From: Gammaproteobacteria bacterium
GTDB lineage: Bacteria > Pseudomonadota > Gammaproteobacteria > SG8-11
Length of the DNA: 52,499 nucleotides
Reading direction: 5' to 3'
Assembly: GCA_031370545.1 (NCBI GenBank)
Contig: JANMQQ010000036.1
Coordinates: forward strand, 1-52,499
Numbering within the stretch: the stretch's first letter is position 1; each line of letters starts with the position of its first letter. The position numbers and the translations under genes were made by a program. This document shows positions 16,982-27,288 of the stretch, one piece after another. Under the pieces are notes generated by a model. It had not been told where the DNA came from. It was given only the letters and a program-made list of their open reading frames with translations, and ran no database searches.

Positions 16982-18336
16982 GCCCCGCTGACAATGCGCT
17001 CGGGAACGCGTCCGGCAGCAAGCTCGCCGCGCATCGAATTAGTCAGGGCTTCGGTGATGCGCACCGCGACGAACTGCCCTGTCAACGAAGCATCGCCGTC
17101 GAAATTCACCACACGATTGTTCTCGGTACGCCCGGCCATCTGGCGCGGATCTTTACGCGACGGCCCTTCCACTAGAATCTGTTGTACCGAACCAACCATT
17201 GCGACGCTGATCGCTTGCGCGTGCTTAAGCAGGCGCTCTTGCAGGGTAGCCAGGCGTTGCTTTTTCGTTTCCATGCTCACGTCATCCGGCAAGCTGGCCG
17301 CCGGGGTGCCAGGTCGTGCGCTGTAAATGAAACTGTAGGACGTGTCGAATTTAATGTCGTCCACCAAGGCCAGCATCGCCGCGAAATCGGTTTCCGTTTC
17401 ACCGGGAAAGCCGACAATAAAATCCGTCGAGATGCTGATGTCCGGGCGCAGCGCGCGCAGGCGCCTGATCTTGGCTTTATATTCCAGCACGGTGTGACCA
17501 CGCTTCATTAAAGTCAAGATGCGATCCGAGCCGTGCTGCACCGGCAGATGCACATTGCTCACCAGCTGGGGCACCTCGGTATAGACGTCGATCAATGCAT
17601 CGGAAAATTCCAGCGGATGCGAGGTGGTGTAGCGAATGCGCCCAACACCGTCGATGGCGGCAATATAGCGGATCAGCAGCGCCAGATCGGCGATGTCGCC
17701 GTCGTGCATCGCACCGCGATAGGCGTTGACGTTCTGACCCAGCAGATGAATTTCGCGCACGCCCTGCTCAGCCAGCTGCACGATTTCGGCGATCACATCG
17801 TCGAAAGGCCGACTGATTTCTTCGCCACGCGTGTAGGGCACCACGCAAAACGTACAATATTTGCTGCATCCTTCCATGATCGACACGTAGGCTTTGGGGC
17901 CGTCCGCGCGCGGTTGCGGCAAGCAGTCGAATTTTTCGATTTCTGGAAATGACACATCCACTTTCGGCCGCTGTGTCGCACGCGCAGCGTCCAGCATCGC
18001 AGGCAAACGGTGGATGGTCTGCGGTCCAAAAATAAGGTCAACGTAGGGCGCGCGTTTCAAGATCGCCTCGCCTTCCTGGCTGGCAACGCAACCGCCCACG
18101 CCAATCACCAAACCCGGGCGTAGCTGTTTCAGCTCCTGCCAGCGACCCAATTGCGAAAACACTTTTTCCTGCGGCTTCTCGCGCACGGAACAGGTGTTGA
18201 GCAGCAGCACATCGGCCTGCAACGCATCAGTGACGATTTCAAACCCGTGCGACTTGGCGAGGATGTCCGCCATCTTGCCCGAGTCGTACTCGTTCATCTG
18301 ACAACCGTGCGTCTGAATGAAAAGTTTTCCGCCCAT
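16975..18336 (-). CDS. miaB: tRNA-2-methylthio-N6-dimethylallyladenosine synthase
   Basis: I moved the start to [19 protein letters not shown]. It has the radical-SAM motif [11 protein letters not shown] and a TRAM C-terminus. Confidence 0.95.
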   Translation of the reverse strand: MGGKLFIQTHGCQMNEYDSGKMADILAKSHGFEIVTDALQADVLLLNTCSVREKPQEKVFSQLGRWQELKQLRPGLVIGVGGCVASQEGEAILKRAPYVDLIFGPQTIHRLPAMLDAARATQRPKVDVSFPEIEKFDCLPQPRADGPKAYVSIMEGCSKYCTFCVVPYTRGEEISRPFDDVIAEIVQLAEQGVREIHLLGQNVNAYRGAMHDGDIADLALLIRYIAAIDGVGRIRYTTSHPLEFSDALIDVYTEVPQLVSNVHLPVQHGSDRILTLMKRGHTVLEYKAKIRRLRALRPDISISTDFIVGFPGETETDFAAMLALVDDIKFDTSYSFIYSARPGTPAASLPDDVSMETKKQRLATLQERLLKHAQAISVAMVGSVQQILVEGPSRKDPRQMAGRTENNRVVNFDGDASLTGQFVAVRITEALTNSMRGELAAGRVPERIVSGAC

Positions 18337-18478
18337 ATTTCGCCTGCTAAAAAAGGGGGTTAGGCTACACGTTTTCACGGTTTTTTTCTACCGCAAGTCC
18401 ATGACCATGCCGGGCTCATTACCGGCCACCAGGTACCGATATAAACACAAGCTCACCACCCGCAGGCGCATTTCAGCC

Positions 18479-19621
18479 ATGGCCGAACTTTCTGAAAAAC
18501 CGCACGTCATCATCATCGACGACTCCAAACTCATGCGCGTGTCGATAAGAAATGTACTGAAGGATGAGTTTCATTTAACCGAGGCGGTGGATGGTGAACA
18601 GGGTTGGACTTCGTTGTGCGGCGACCCCACCTTGCAAGTCGTAATCACCGATGCACAAATGCCCGGCATTGACGGCTACGAGCTGATAGCACGCATTCGC
18701 GCCAGCGAAAATGCCACGATCCGCGCCGTGCCCATTATCATGATCACCGGTGCCGACGATCAGTCCGCGCGCGAGCGCGCGTTACAGGTGGGCGCGACCG
18801 ATTTCATTACCAAACCCTTCGACCGGACCCAATTGCTCGCGCGCACCCGCGCGCTGGCGAAATCCGACCAAACCACGCGCAAGCTGGTGCAGACCTCCGA
18901 GGCACTTGCAGAGCAAGGCGCGGTTGACCCGATCACGGGTGTTAGCAGTCGGCGGTTTTTTGTCGAGCGCGGCGCGCAAGAGCTGGCGTTCAGCACCCGG
19001 CGTGCACAGGATCTCTCGGTGATCGCATTGCACGTTGATCATTTTGCAGATCTGCAAAAGCGACTCGGCGAAGCGCACGCCAATCAATTGTTGTCGTGGG
19101 TTGCTAAAAAACTTAAAGACACCGTACGTACTGAAGACACACTTGCGCGCATTGATGGCGCTGCATTTGCCGTGATCGCAGCGGGCGCGGGGCGGCTCGA
19201 AGGTGCCGTGTTGTGTGATCGCGCGCGCAAGGCACTCAGCGCCGCGCCCTTCAGCAACGGCGGGATCACCATCCCAGTCACCGCAAGCATCGGCCTGGTG
19301 TGCTTGAGTTTCGACAAGCTTGACACTATCGAAAAATTTCTCGCACTTGCCGATCAGCGCGCGGCACGCGCGCAAAGCGAAGGCGGCAATCGCACCGTTG
19401 CAAGTAACGCAGCCGAAAAGAAAACACCCGCCCAAAACGAACCGATTCCCGGCATCGACGCCGCCTTGCACTTGCTCGCGGCACGCAATATTGATCGGCT
19501 GCAACCGCACTTCATCAGCTTGATGCGGCGCATGCTGCCTTTGTTTGAAGCAGCCGATCAGCGTTTGCAACTCGGGCTGGGCGACGCGCTTGCGACTATC
19601 AAGAAGCGGCTGGAAAAATAG
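18479..19621 (+). CDS. Response regulator: REC domain + degenerate GGDEF domain
   Basis: I moved the start to ATG 18479 (MAELSEKPHVIIIDDSK). The REC domain has VITDAQMPGIDG and ...ITKPF. The GGDEF-type fold (DPITGV..RR.F) has DGAAF in place of GG[DE]EF, and RTED lies five residues upstream (I-site spacing). Confidence 0.8.
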   Translation: MAELSEKPHVIIIDDSKLMRVSIRNVLKDEFHLTEAVDGEQGWTSLCGDPTLQVVITDAQMPGIDGYELIARIRASENATIRAVPIIMITGADDQSARERALQVGATDFITKPFDRTQLLARTRALAKSDQTTRKLVQTSEALAEQGAVDPITGVSSRRFFVERGAQELAFSTRRAQDLSVIALHVDHFADLQKRLGEAHANQLLSWVAKKLKDTVRTEDTLARIDGAAFAVIAAGAGRLEGAVLCDRARKALSAAPFSNGGITIPVTASIGLVCLSFDKLDTIEKFLALADQRAARAQSEGGNRTVASNAAEKKTPAQNEPIPGIDAALHLLAARNIDRLQPHFISLMRRMLPLFEAADQRLQLGLGDALATIKKRLEK

Positions 19622-19740
19622 TTTTATCGCCGTCACACCTCGCTGTTGATACCCACAACCACCGGCATTGCGAGTGATCATTTTTTCACTTGCTTTTGCC
19701 GGGTCGATACGGCCTCATCTGATTTTTTGGAGGCCGCCCC

Positions 19741-21033
19741 ATGGCAAAAATAAATTTGAGCGTGAAAATCCTGATCGGCCTGCTGGTGGGTGGAATCTTG
19801 GGGGTTGCGGCAAAGGCGCTGGGTCATGACTCATCGTGGTTGCCGTGGATAGTAGAAAATATTGCACTGCCGTCCGGACAGATTTTTTTACGCCTGCTGT
19901 TCATGCTGGTCATTCCGATGCTGTTCTCGGCGCTGGTGATTGCGATTTGCGGACTGGACGTACGACACCTGGGACGCATGGGTGGCCGCACGCTCGGTTA
20001 CACCGTGGTTGCATCATTGATTGCGGTGTTGATTGGCATGGGGCTTACTAATTTGATTCAGCCCGGTGCCGGACTGCCGGAAGAGGCCCGCCAGATTGCG
20101 AAGTCGAACAGCGCAACCGTCACCATCCCAAAACTCCCCGATACCACCGGCGTCGCCTTGCTGGTGACGATGGTTCCCGACAACCCGGTCAAAGCCGCAG
20201 CCAATGGCGACATGATCGGCGTGATTCTGTTCTCGTTGATTCTTGGTGTGGGCTTGTCGATGACTCGCACGCCTGCCGCATTGCGCCTGCGTGAAATAAT
20301 TGAAGGCATTTACGATGTGAGCATGACGCTGATTCACGGCGTGTTGAAACTTGCCCCCTATGGCGTCGCTGCGTTGATTTTTACCATGACTGCACGCCTG
20401 GGCACCGACCTGCTGCCCTATCTGTTGAAGTACGTCGGCGTAGTGTTGCTGGGTTTAGGGTTGCAAATGTTTGTGGTGTACTCGCTGGCGGTGCGTTTTC
20501 TCGGTGGGCGCTCACCGCTGGAATTTTTCCGCAGCGTACGCGTTGCGATGATCACCGCATTTGCCACTGCGTCGTCGAGCGCAACCTTACCCACGGCGCT
20601 CACCGTCGCCGAAGAAAATCTCAAACTCCCACGTCACGTCAGCCGCTTTGTGCTAACCGCCGGATCAGCGATGAACCAAAACGGCACGGCGTTGTTTGAA
20701 GGCGTCACGGTATTATTTCTGGCACAGCTATTCGGCGTCGACCTGAGCCTCGGCCAGCAATTCCTGATCATGTCGATCTGCGTGCTGGGCGGCATCGGCA
20801 CCGCCGGAATTCCCGCCGGTTCACTGCCGGTCATCGCGATGATCCTGGTCACCTTCGGCATCCCGGTCGAAGGCCTGGCGCTGATCCTGGGCGTCGACCG
20901 TTTTCTCGACATGTGCCGCACGACGCTGAATGTAACCGGTGATTTGGTTGCTGCGGTGTATGTGGCGCGGGGAGAGCCGCAGCAGGAGATAACAATTGGC
21001 ACCGAACCAAGATCATCGGACGTTAATCGCTGA
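19741..21033 (+). CDS. Dicarboxylate/amino acid:cation symporter (DAACS family)
   Basis: 430-aa polytopic ORF with family-typical segments (...ATASSSATLP..., ...AGSAMNQNGTAL..., ...GIPAGSL..., ...DRFLDMCRTTLNVTGD...). GGAGG lies upstream. Confidence 0.85.
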   Translation: MAKINLSVKILIGLLVGGILGVAAKALGHDSSWLPWIVENIALPSGQIFLRLLFMLVIPMLFSALVIAICGLDVRHLGRMGGRTLGYTVVASLIAVLIGMGLTNLIQPGAGLPEEARQIAKSNSATVTIPKLPDTTGVALLVTMVPDNPVKAAANGDMIGVILFSLILGVGLSMTRTPAALRLREIIEGIYDVSMTLIHGVLKLAPYGVAALIFTMTARLGTDLLPYLLKYVGVVLLGLGLQMFVVYSLAVRFLGGRSPLEFFRSVRVAMITAFATASSSATLPTALTVAEENLKLPRHVSRFVLTAGSAMNQNGTALFEGVTVLFLAQLFGVDLSLGQQFLIMSICVLGGIGTAGIPAGSLPVIAMILVTFGIPVEGLALILGVDRFLDMCRTTLNVTGDLVAAVYVARGEPQQEITIGTEPRSSDVNR

Positions 21034-21045
21034 GGTTGCCCCACC

Positions 21046-21540
21046 GTGCACTACGAACATTTGATTCAGATCAATGATCCCAACGATCTGGAAATTGAAC
21101 CGCTGACTCGCGAGCAGTTGTGGCTCGGCCTGGTCGCGCGCGCTGAGCGACCGCAGTATTTTCTGATCGGCATGGACGAGTGCCGGATTGTGGAGCGCAG
21201 CGGCGACACGCTGCGCCGGGAGATGCGTTTTGGCGCTGCGCTCGTGCGTGATCGCGTGACCTATACGCCGCAGGTGCAGGTGAGTTTTGATGTCGAGCCG
21301 TCGGTTGAAGTGACCGGCGCACGACTGATTATCCGCATCGAAGAACCCAGGCCGGGAGAGTTGTTTCTGCGGTTTGCCTACACCCTGCAAACCACATCCG
21401 ACGACGCGGTCAGCGAGCTGGATGAATACCGCAAATCAGCCTACCGGGATGCCGACATCGACACCGTGCGCTTGATCCGGCAACTCGCGGCGACCGGCAT
21501 GTTTTCCTCCGATGGTCCCGGCAATGTGGAACTTCACTAG
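21046..21540 (+). CDS. Small SRPBCC-fold protein (DUF1857-like)
   Basis: 164-aa ORF with a GTG start. The N-terminus ...INDPNDLEIEPLTREQLWLGLVARAERPQYF resembles the DUF1857 family as I remember it. No search was run. Confidence 0.45.
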   Translation: MHYEHLIQINDPNDLEIEPLTREQLWLGLVARAERPQYFLIGMDECRIVERSGDTLRREMRFGAALVRDRVTYTPQVQVSFDVEPSVEVTGARLIIRIEEPRPGELFLRFAYTLQTTSDDAVSELDEYRKSAYRDADIDTVRLIRQLAATGMFSSDGPGNVELH

Positions 21541-21578
21541 CGCTCGACAATTCGAGCCGCACTCCGACGGATCCGGCA

Positions 21579-22220
21579 TCACGCCTCCGTCGCACGCCAC
21601 AGGTACCATGCCGCGACGGAGCGGTAAGGCGCCCAACGTTGACCAATCAATGCCAGCGCTTGCGGGGCGATCATCATGTCCAGCCGCATGGCCTTGGTGT
21701 ACCCGGCGCGCACACCGTAGTCGTCGATCGGCAGAACGTCCAATCGCCCAAGCGAGAACATCAGCATCATCTCCACGGTCCAGCGACCCACACCTTTGGC
21801 CTGAGTGAATGCTTCGATAAGATCCTCGTCCATCCGCTTCGCCAGTCCTCTACGGTGCGTGGGTATGACGCCTTGCTGAGCCTTTGTGGCGACGTCGCGG
21901 ATGTAGCTCAGTTTCTGCCGCGACAATCCGGCCGACCTCAGTTGCTCGTCAGTTTTTGTCAATACCAGGCCCGGATCGGGAAACAGCGCACCGGGAAACA
22001 GGTCGATGAAGCGTCCCATGATGGTCGCCGCCGCCTTGCCGTTGAGTTGCTGGTACATGATGGCGCGCACCAACGCTTCGTAGGGCGAGCGCCGCCAGCT
22101 GGGTGAGAGCCCGCAGGGTCCGTGGGTGTGAATCAGTTTGCGCAACACGGGATCAGCACGGGTAAGAAAAATTTCTCCCTCGCGCAACGCGATCGCGAAT
22201 TTACTTTTTGTCATTGGCAA
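21579..22220 (-). CDS. DNA-3-methyladenine glycosylase II family (HhH-GPD)
   Basis: 213-aa ORF with the helix-hairpin-helix segment AFTQAKGVGRWTVEMMLMF and the catalytic-Asp region VLPIDDYGVR. Confidence 0.8.
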   Translation of the reverse strand: MPMTKSKFAIALREGEIFLTRADPVLRKLIHTHGPCGLSPSWRRSPYEALVRAIMYQQLNGKAAATIMGRFIDLFPGALFPDPGLVLTKTDEQLRSAGLSRQKLSYIRDVATKAQQGVIPTHRRGLAKRMDEDLIEAFTQAKGVGRWTVEMMLMFSLGRLDVLPIDDYGVRAGYTKAMRLDMMIAPQALALIGQRWAPYRSVAAWYLWRATEA

Positions 22221-23316
22221 CTTTGGGTATGAGCGCGGTACGCGGGCGCTCGAGCAACTTCCTGAGCCCGCTCAGCATCGGCTTTTCAATGACGTAGTAA
22301 ATGATCGTGCCGATAATAATAGCGGAGATGACCTGTATCAAAACGATCATGGTGATATTCAGGTAACCCTCGTTGCCCAATTCAAGATAACGGATGAACC
22401 ATCGCGCCAATTCGAATACGGCCGCGTGGAAAAGATAAATCGAATAGGACGCGTCGCCGAGAATTTTTAGTGGGCTCAAATGAATCCCGCGGAACACGTG
22501 AATAAAAACCAGGACAATGATGGACGCAGCGACGGCGAGCACATATTTATCGTTAACACTTGACCCGCTATTCAATAGCAGAAATCCGACCACCCCAAGC
22601 ACAATGAGCGGCACGCGGTTGAAGGTCAGATGCTGCGTCTGCGTGTAAACATAAAACACCATCATGCCGAACACGAATTCGATCAAAATACTGGCGGTGT
22701 AGACCAGCCCGGCAATATCAGTGAACTTGTGAATCTTGCCTGTCAACACCAGGGCCACGAGAACCAGCGAAGCCGCAAACAGCCGGTAGCTGCGAAAGAA
22801 CATCGACAGTGCAAACAGACCGTAGAAAAACATTTCGTAATTCAATGTCCATCCTTGAATCAGGACGGGGAATATTTCGCCAACCTCCTCTTCGTCGATG
22901 CTCAAATGCGGGATAAAGAAAAAATCTTTAACGATGGCGATTAAATCGGGGTTGAGGTTGAGGAGCAGGTCGATTGCGGAATTCGCCTTCGACAGCCCGT
23001 CAATCCAATACGGCGCCGACGTCCACAACAGTGCGACCCAATACAGCGGCACAATTCTTATGATGCGCTTGGTCAGGAATATGAAGCTCTCGCGCGCAAC
23101 TGATGAGTCGCGATCAACGTGCCGGGTGGAATAGGCCATGATAAAACCGCTGATCACAAAAAATATGTCAACACCCCGCGCGCCGACGCCGGTCCACACT
23201 GCGAGGTCGGTGAAGTAAGAACGCGAATGGAAAAAAACCACCATTAATGCCGCGACGCCGCGCAGGTATTGAATACCGATAATGGCGTCCGCTTTTTTCA
23301 GAGTTTCCGTCGTCAT
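22201..23316 (-). CDS. Membrane acyltransferase family 3 protein
   Basis: 371-aa ORF with about 10 TM segments. The N-terminal IQYLRGVAALMVVFFH motif is typical of acyltransferase_3 O-acyltransferases. Confidence 0.8.
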   Translation of the reverse strand: MTTETLKKADAIIGIQYLRGVAALMVVFFHSRSYFTDLAVWTGVGARGVDIFFVISGFIMAYSTRHVDRDSSVARESFIFLTKRIIRIVPLYWVALLWTSAPYWIDGLSKANSAIDLLLNLNPDLIAIVKDFFFIPHLSIDEEEVGEIFPVLIQGWTLNYEMFFYGLFALSMFFRSYRLFAASLVLVALVLTGKIHKFTDIAGLVYTASILIEFVFGMMVFYVYTQTQHLTFNRVPLIVLGVVGFLLLNSGSSVNDKYVLAVAASIIVLVFIHVFRGIHLSPLKILGDASYSIYLFHAAVFELARWFIRYLELGNEGYLNITMIVLIQVISAIIIGTIIYYVIEKPMLSGLRKLLERPRTALIPKVANDKK

Positions 23317-23460
23317 AAATCAGCCGTTACCAACCACCTGGAAAAACGGAGCCTACCATCGTGGCCCGCTGCGAAGTGACGGCACGGTCTCGTAAACGAT
23401 TATCGGGGCAAACAGCAACAATCCATTGCAAGAGTGCAACCTCGATTCCTTTCGGAAGGC

Positions 23461-23487
23461 AAAAAAAGAGGGCGTGAAGCCCTCTTT
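23461..23487 (-). terminator. Rho-independent terminator
   Basis: Stem AAAGAGGGC (23465-23473) pairs with GCCCTCTTT (23479-23487) around a 5-nt loop. On the minus strand it is followed by a T-run (the A7 at 23461-23467). It lies 30 nt after the small ORF stop. Confidence 0.7.
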
Positions 23488-23516
23488 GATGGTGGGTAAA
23501 ACGTATCGCCACCGGC

Positions 23517-23777
23517 CTAGATTTGCAGCGCACCTGGAGCTGGTTGTACCGGAACTTCTTGCTTCACTTCCGCACCCGGGACCGCCGAGGGCTCGGTCTT
23601 GACTGCATCTTGCGATGCTGACCAGCCGTGAGAATCCACGCCGTCTTTTGATATCGCCGCAGACATGTCTTTGTGTGCGCCTTTCTTGGAAGCGCAAGAT
23701 GCGCCGTCCGCCAATGCCGCCCCGGATAAAACCATAACCGAGGCGAACGCCACCACCGTGATCAAACCTGTTTTCAT
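23517..23777 (-). CDS. Small secreted hypothetical protein
   Basis: Start chosen at MKTGLITVVAFASVMVLSGAALA|DG, a clear Sec signal. The remainder is low-complexity with no recognisable family. A terminator follows it. Confidence 0.35.
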   Translation of the reverse strand: MKTGLITVVAFASVMVLSGAALADGASCASKKGAHKDMSAAISKDGVDSHGWSASQDAVKTEPSAVPGAEVKQEVPVQPAPGALQI

Positions 23778-24104
23778 GCGAGTGCTCTCCATAGTGATCA
23801 ACCGAATCGAGTGCTGCGTTATTCCGCTGCACAGCCTACTTGTCTTCTCTCAACGCCGACGATTACGGCCTCATCTTCCTCGTTCCGCTCCGTTGGATCA
23901 AGCCGAGGCGGCACGGGTCAAAACGCGCGCTTGCTGTCGAGCAAAAAATTGCGGCTATATTTTACTGGGGGCGTTGCACTTTGAACTTACGCCAAACAAC
24001 AAACAAAACGTGGCCTGAGAGGGGTCGTTGCAGGACCGCGCTACAGCATGGAACACGGACATGACAATTTTTGATTTATTGATCAGATCGACTCCCGTCG
24101 CATT

Positions 24105-24353
24105 ATGGGCATGATCTTCATCAGCTATCGCCGCGCGGATGCCGGTGGCCATGCGGGCCGCCTGTTCGACCGCCTGCGCCACTGGTTCGATGCCGAGGTG
24201 ATTTTCTACGATTTGGACGGCATCGACATCGGCGAGGTTTTTCCCGAGCGCATCGAGTACGCCGTTAACCATGCAGCGGTGGTGCTGGTGCTGATCGGGC
24301 CGGACTGGCTGGAAAAAATTTACTGCCTCTTAACAAAACTCAGCCGAATTTGA
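24105..24353 (+). pseudogene. TIR-domain gene fragment, truncated by insertion of an IS1595-type element
   Basis: MGMIFISYRRADAGGHAGRLFDRLRHWFDAEVIFYDLDGIDIGEVFPERIEYAVNHAAVVLVLIGPDWLE matches the N-terminal two thirds of bacterial TIR domains. The reading frame leaves TIR-like sequence at about 24320, where the element's inverted repeat begins. Confidence 0.6.
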
Positions 24354-24749
24354 CGGGTAAATGGGTTGCACAGACGCCGAGCAGTCGTGCTGGGAGTTCG
24401 GGTTCGCAGTGTCGGCGGTTGAATCGGTAACAGAATTCATCCAGAACCACTTCACCAGGGGCAGCTTGGTCGAATGGAACAACGTGCCGGAAATCACCGA
24501 ATGTTGCTTGTGACAGCCACTGCACTGATACAACCCCCGGCTGGGCAAACGATGCGCGTGCGCGTGGCCGCAGGCCGGGCAGTGGAAGCCCTGCGGCCAG
24601 CGTTCTTTGAACAAATACGCTTGGCACGCGTCTTCTTCTCCAAAGCGCCGTTGCCAAAAAACTCATCGCTTCCTTTTTCATCGCACCACCCCTAACTGGT
24701 TGTTCGTGCAGCACAACATAAAACTTTTGCTGAGTTTTGTTAAGAGGCA
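24324..24749 (-). mobile_element. Internally deleted, frameshifted IS1595-family element (MITE-like, about 426 bp)
   Basis: Perfect 21-bp terminal inverted repeats: TGCCTCTTAACAAAACTCAGC at 24324-24344 and its reverse complement at 24729-24749. Inside, the transposase N-terminus with Zn-ribbon (FKERWPQGFHCPACGH...LYQCSGCHKQHSVISGTLFHSTKLPLVKWFW) is joined directly to a C-terminal piece (DEFCYRFNRR...) in another frame. The DDE core is missing. Confidence 0.7.
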
Positions 24750-25013
24750 ATTTTTTTTAATGCGGTCAACCAAGTGTAAATCGGATTCCGACCCCAATAT
24801 GGATGCAGCCTTAGATGCCATTTGACTTCATATAGATGTAAACCGAACCTAGATATGCAACTACGCAAGCCTGACCTGACCTCATGCCCCCCTGACTCTC
24901 GTCATGACCAGCGCCATTAAGATCGATTATGACATCGTGGCCGTTCTTCGCATCGGCGACCTGTCCGCTAGCAAGAAAAGCCGTCTCGCATAAACCGCTT
25001 ACCAACAGATGAT

Positions 25014-27078
25014 CTATTTCAGTGTGTGTCGTGTGCCGGGCCCCCCCGTACCGGGATTGAAATCCTTTGCCAAATCCGGCGTATCTGCGTTGGCAGTACC
25101 TTTGAACGCCCCATCGTCCACATGGACAGTGATTGCTTGAGTGTCAAATAAGCCTTGTTTGTCGGATACTTGAACTGTCAAGCTGTAGGTTTTGTCTTCA
25201 TCAGGATGCTTGATGAACGACAGCTGGCCAGTGGTTTTGTCGATGCTGAAAATAGCATGACCCGCCATGTCAAGGCCGGTTCCGGCGACGATGGAGTAGC
25301 TTCGTGCATCGCCTTTGTCGGGATCTGTTGCCTGTATCGTAGTCACGCCACGCCGACCATGCTCAAACGCATCTTCGCCGATCACGTAGTCAGCGCGATC
25401 ACCGCCCCCACCAGACGTAATTACAGGCGGTTCGTTGACATCGGTTACTTTGACCTTGATCAATTGGGTATCTTGGCCGAAGTCACCGTCGGAAACGCCG
25501 ACCAAAACTTCGTAGATTCCGTCGTGATTGGCATCATTGGGATGTTCGAAATCCGGGGAGGTGATGAAAGCCAGTACCCCCGACTCGATCTTGAATAAGC
25601 TCCCATCCACTCCGCCGACGATCGAATAGGTAAGTGCTTGATTAATGTTCTGGTCCGTGGCGATGACCGTGGTCACACCAGTCGTGTTCTCTGCGACAGC
25701 TACATCCGCCGTAACCCCGCCGCCGTTCGATTTGATGACAGGGTCAAAGTTGTAGAGCGGGTTGAAGGCTCGAAAAACATCTCTCTGATTATTGGTGTCG
25801 TTTGGGACGAGATTGGTAGAGTCGCCCTGGAATGCGATGTACTTGCCGTCAGCCGAGATGACAGGATGAATGCCGAACTGATCGCCTTGAACACCCTGGG
25901 CGTTGACCGATACCATGACGATGGCGCCGGTCAGCATGTCTTTTACGAACACATCGTTATTATCTTTGGTGTCGCCTGCAACGAGGTTGCTGGCGCTACT
26001 GTCGAACGCAACATAGCGTCCGTCGGCAGAAATGACCGCATTGCCGCTAAAATCGTTTCCTGGTGTGCCATCAGCCGCAGCGGATACTAGTTTGGTGTCA
26101 CCGGTGATGCGGTTCTTCCATATGATGTCCCCGGGACCAAAAGGATGGTCCGATGACACGGGCACGATGTCGGTGGCTTCGGTGTAAAACACCGCGTATT
26201 TAGCATCCGGTGTCATCGTCATACTCAAGGAAAGACCATTGGCCGATCCAGGACCGCTTGACGACTTCGAAATGAGTTCAATCCTACCCGTCAATAAATC
26301 TTTGATAAAGGCATCCGTGGCGCCGTTGTTGTCGCCAGATACCAGATTGTCGGCATCGCTCTCGAAATACACGAAGCGGCCGTCGTCGGAGATGACTCCC
26401 CCATCGCTGTTGCCATTCCCGAAGACGGTATGGCCCCCATCGACCGTTCCCGAGACAAGCACGATTTCGCCGGTAGTCATGTTTTTGACGAATACGTCCT
26501 TGTTCCCATCGATGCCGGGGTCTGTATCGCCAGCCACAAAATTGTCAGCAAAGCTGTCGAATGCCACGAATTTTCCATCGGGCGTTGCCATGCCGTTAAA
26601 ACTGTTAAAATCATCCTTGGATGACATGGCCGGCGGAGTCGGTAGCCGCCGAGACCAGCGTTCTGGTATTTGTTGCGAGGTTGACCAGAATGACATCCCA
26701 TTTATTGTTGTTATCGGCGCCAAGTCCCAGCAGATTGTTTGCCGAACTGTAGAACACGGCATACTGGCCGTTGCTGGTGAGTGATCCCGCCAAACTGGCC
26801 TTATTGCCGGTATGGCCATCGATTCCGGAAATGAGTTGAAGGTCGCCCGTAAGCATGTCCTTGAGAAACACGTCCTGCGTAAGATTGAGGTCGTTGCCCG
26901 GGGGCACGAAATTGTCCGCAAGCGTGAAGAACAAAACGTAGCGACCGTCCGCGGACATCAGCGAGTGAGCGAAATTTAGTGTTCGGCTGAAACCATTGCC
27001 TTGTGTACCGTTCGCGGCGACAGAAACGAGGTTGATCGAATACGAATCGATTGCATTGGACATGATTTCACCCTTCAT
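25014..27078 (-). pseudogene. Frameshifted gene for a PD40-like beta-propeller repeat + two cadherin-like domain protein
   Basis: The ORFs 26611..27078 and 25014..26921 overlap in different frames. The repeat unit (..DG[RK][YF]V[AV]F.S.A.NLV..D.N...DVF[VI]KD[ML]LTG...LVS) continues across the junction if one base is restored near 26620-26632. The C-terminal half has ...VKVTDVNEPPVI... cadherin-type modules. Confidence 0.7.
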
Positions 27079-27288
27079 TAATACACTTCAGTGAATGGCC
27101 GCGTCGGACTTGCCCTTTGGATCGAACTTTATTGAGAAATCGATTGCCATCTAGACACGCGATTTCGATTCGCACAAATGACATCGAACCGGAATTTCTA
27201 CGAGCCTTGCCAAGTGTAGAGCTAAACAAAATTCCGGCCAACTATTAAAGAGTCTTCCACTGCAAGATGAGCCTGAACAGGGGCCGCA

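Noticed and set aside
18782-19681. 299-aa minus-strand ORF covering most of the REC-GGDEF gene
   Set aside because: It is antisense to an ORF with clear REC and GGDEF motifs. Its product is Arg/Ala/Gly/Cys-rich with no motif, which is typical of spurious antisense ORFs in GC-rich coding DNA.
23353-23832. 159-aa minus-strand ORF overlapping the small secreted-protein ORF in another frame
   Set aside because: It has no signal peptide, RBS or motif. The 23517..23777 frame at least has a canonical signal peptide and a terminator, though it too is low confidence.
24311-24760. Target-site duplication flanking the IS1595-type remnant
   Set aside because: The flanks are aaatttac on the left and attttttt on the right. 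Both are A/T-rich but they are not a direct repeat, so I cannot support a TSD.
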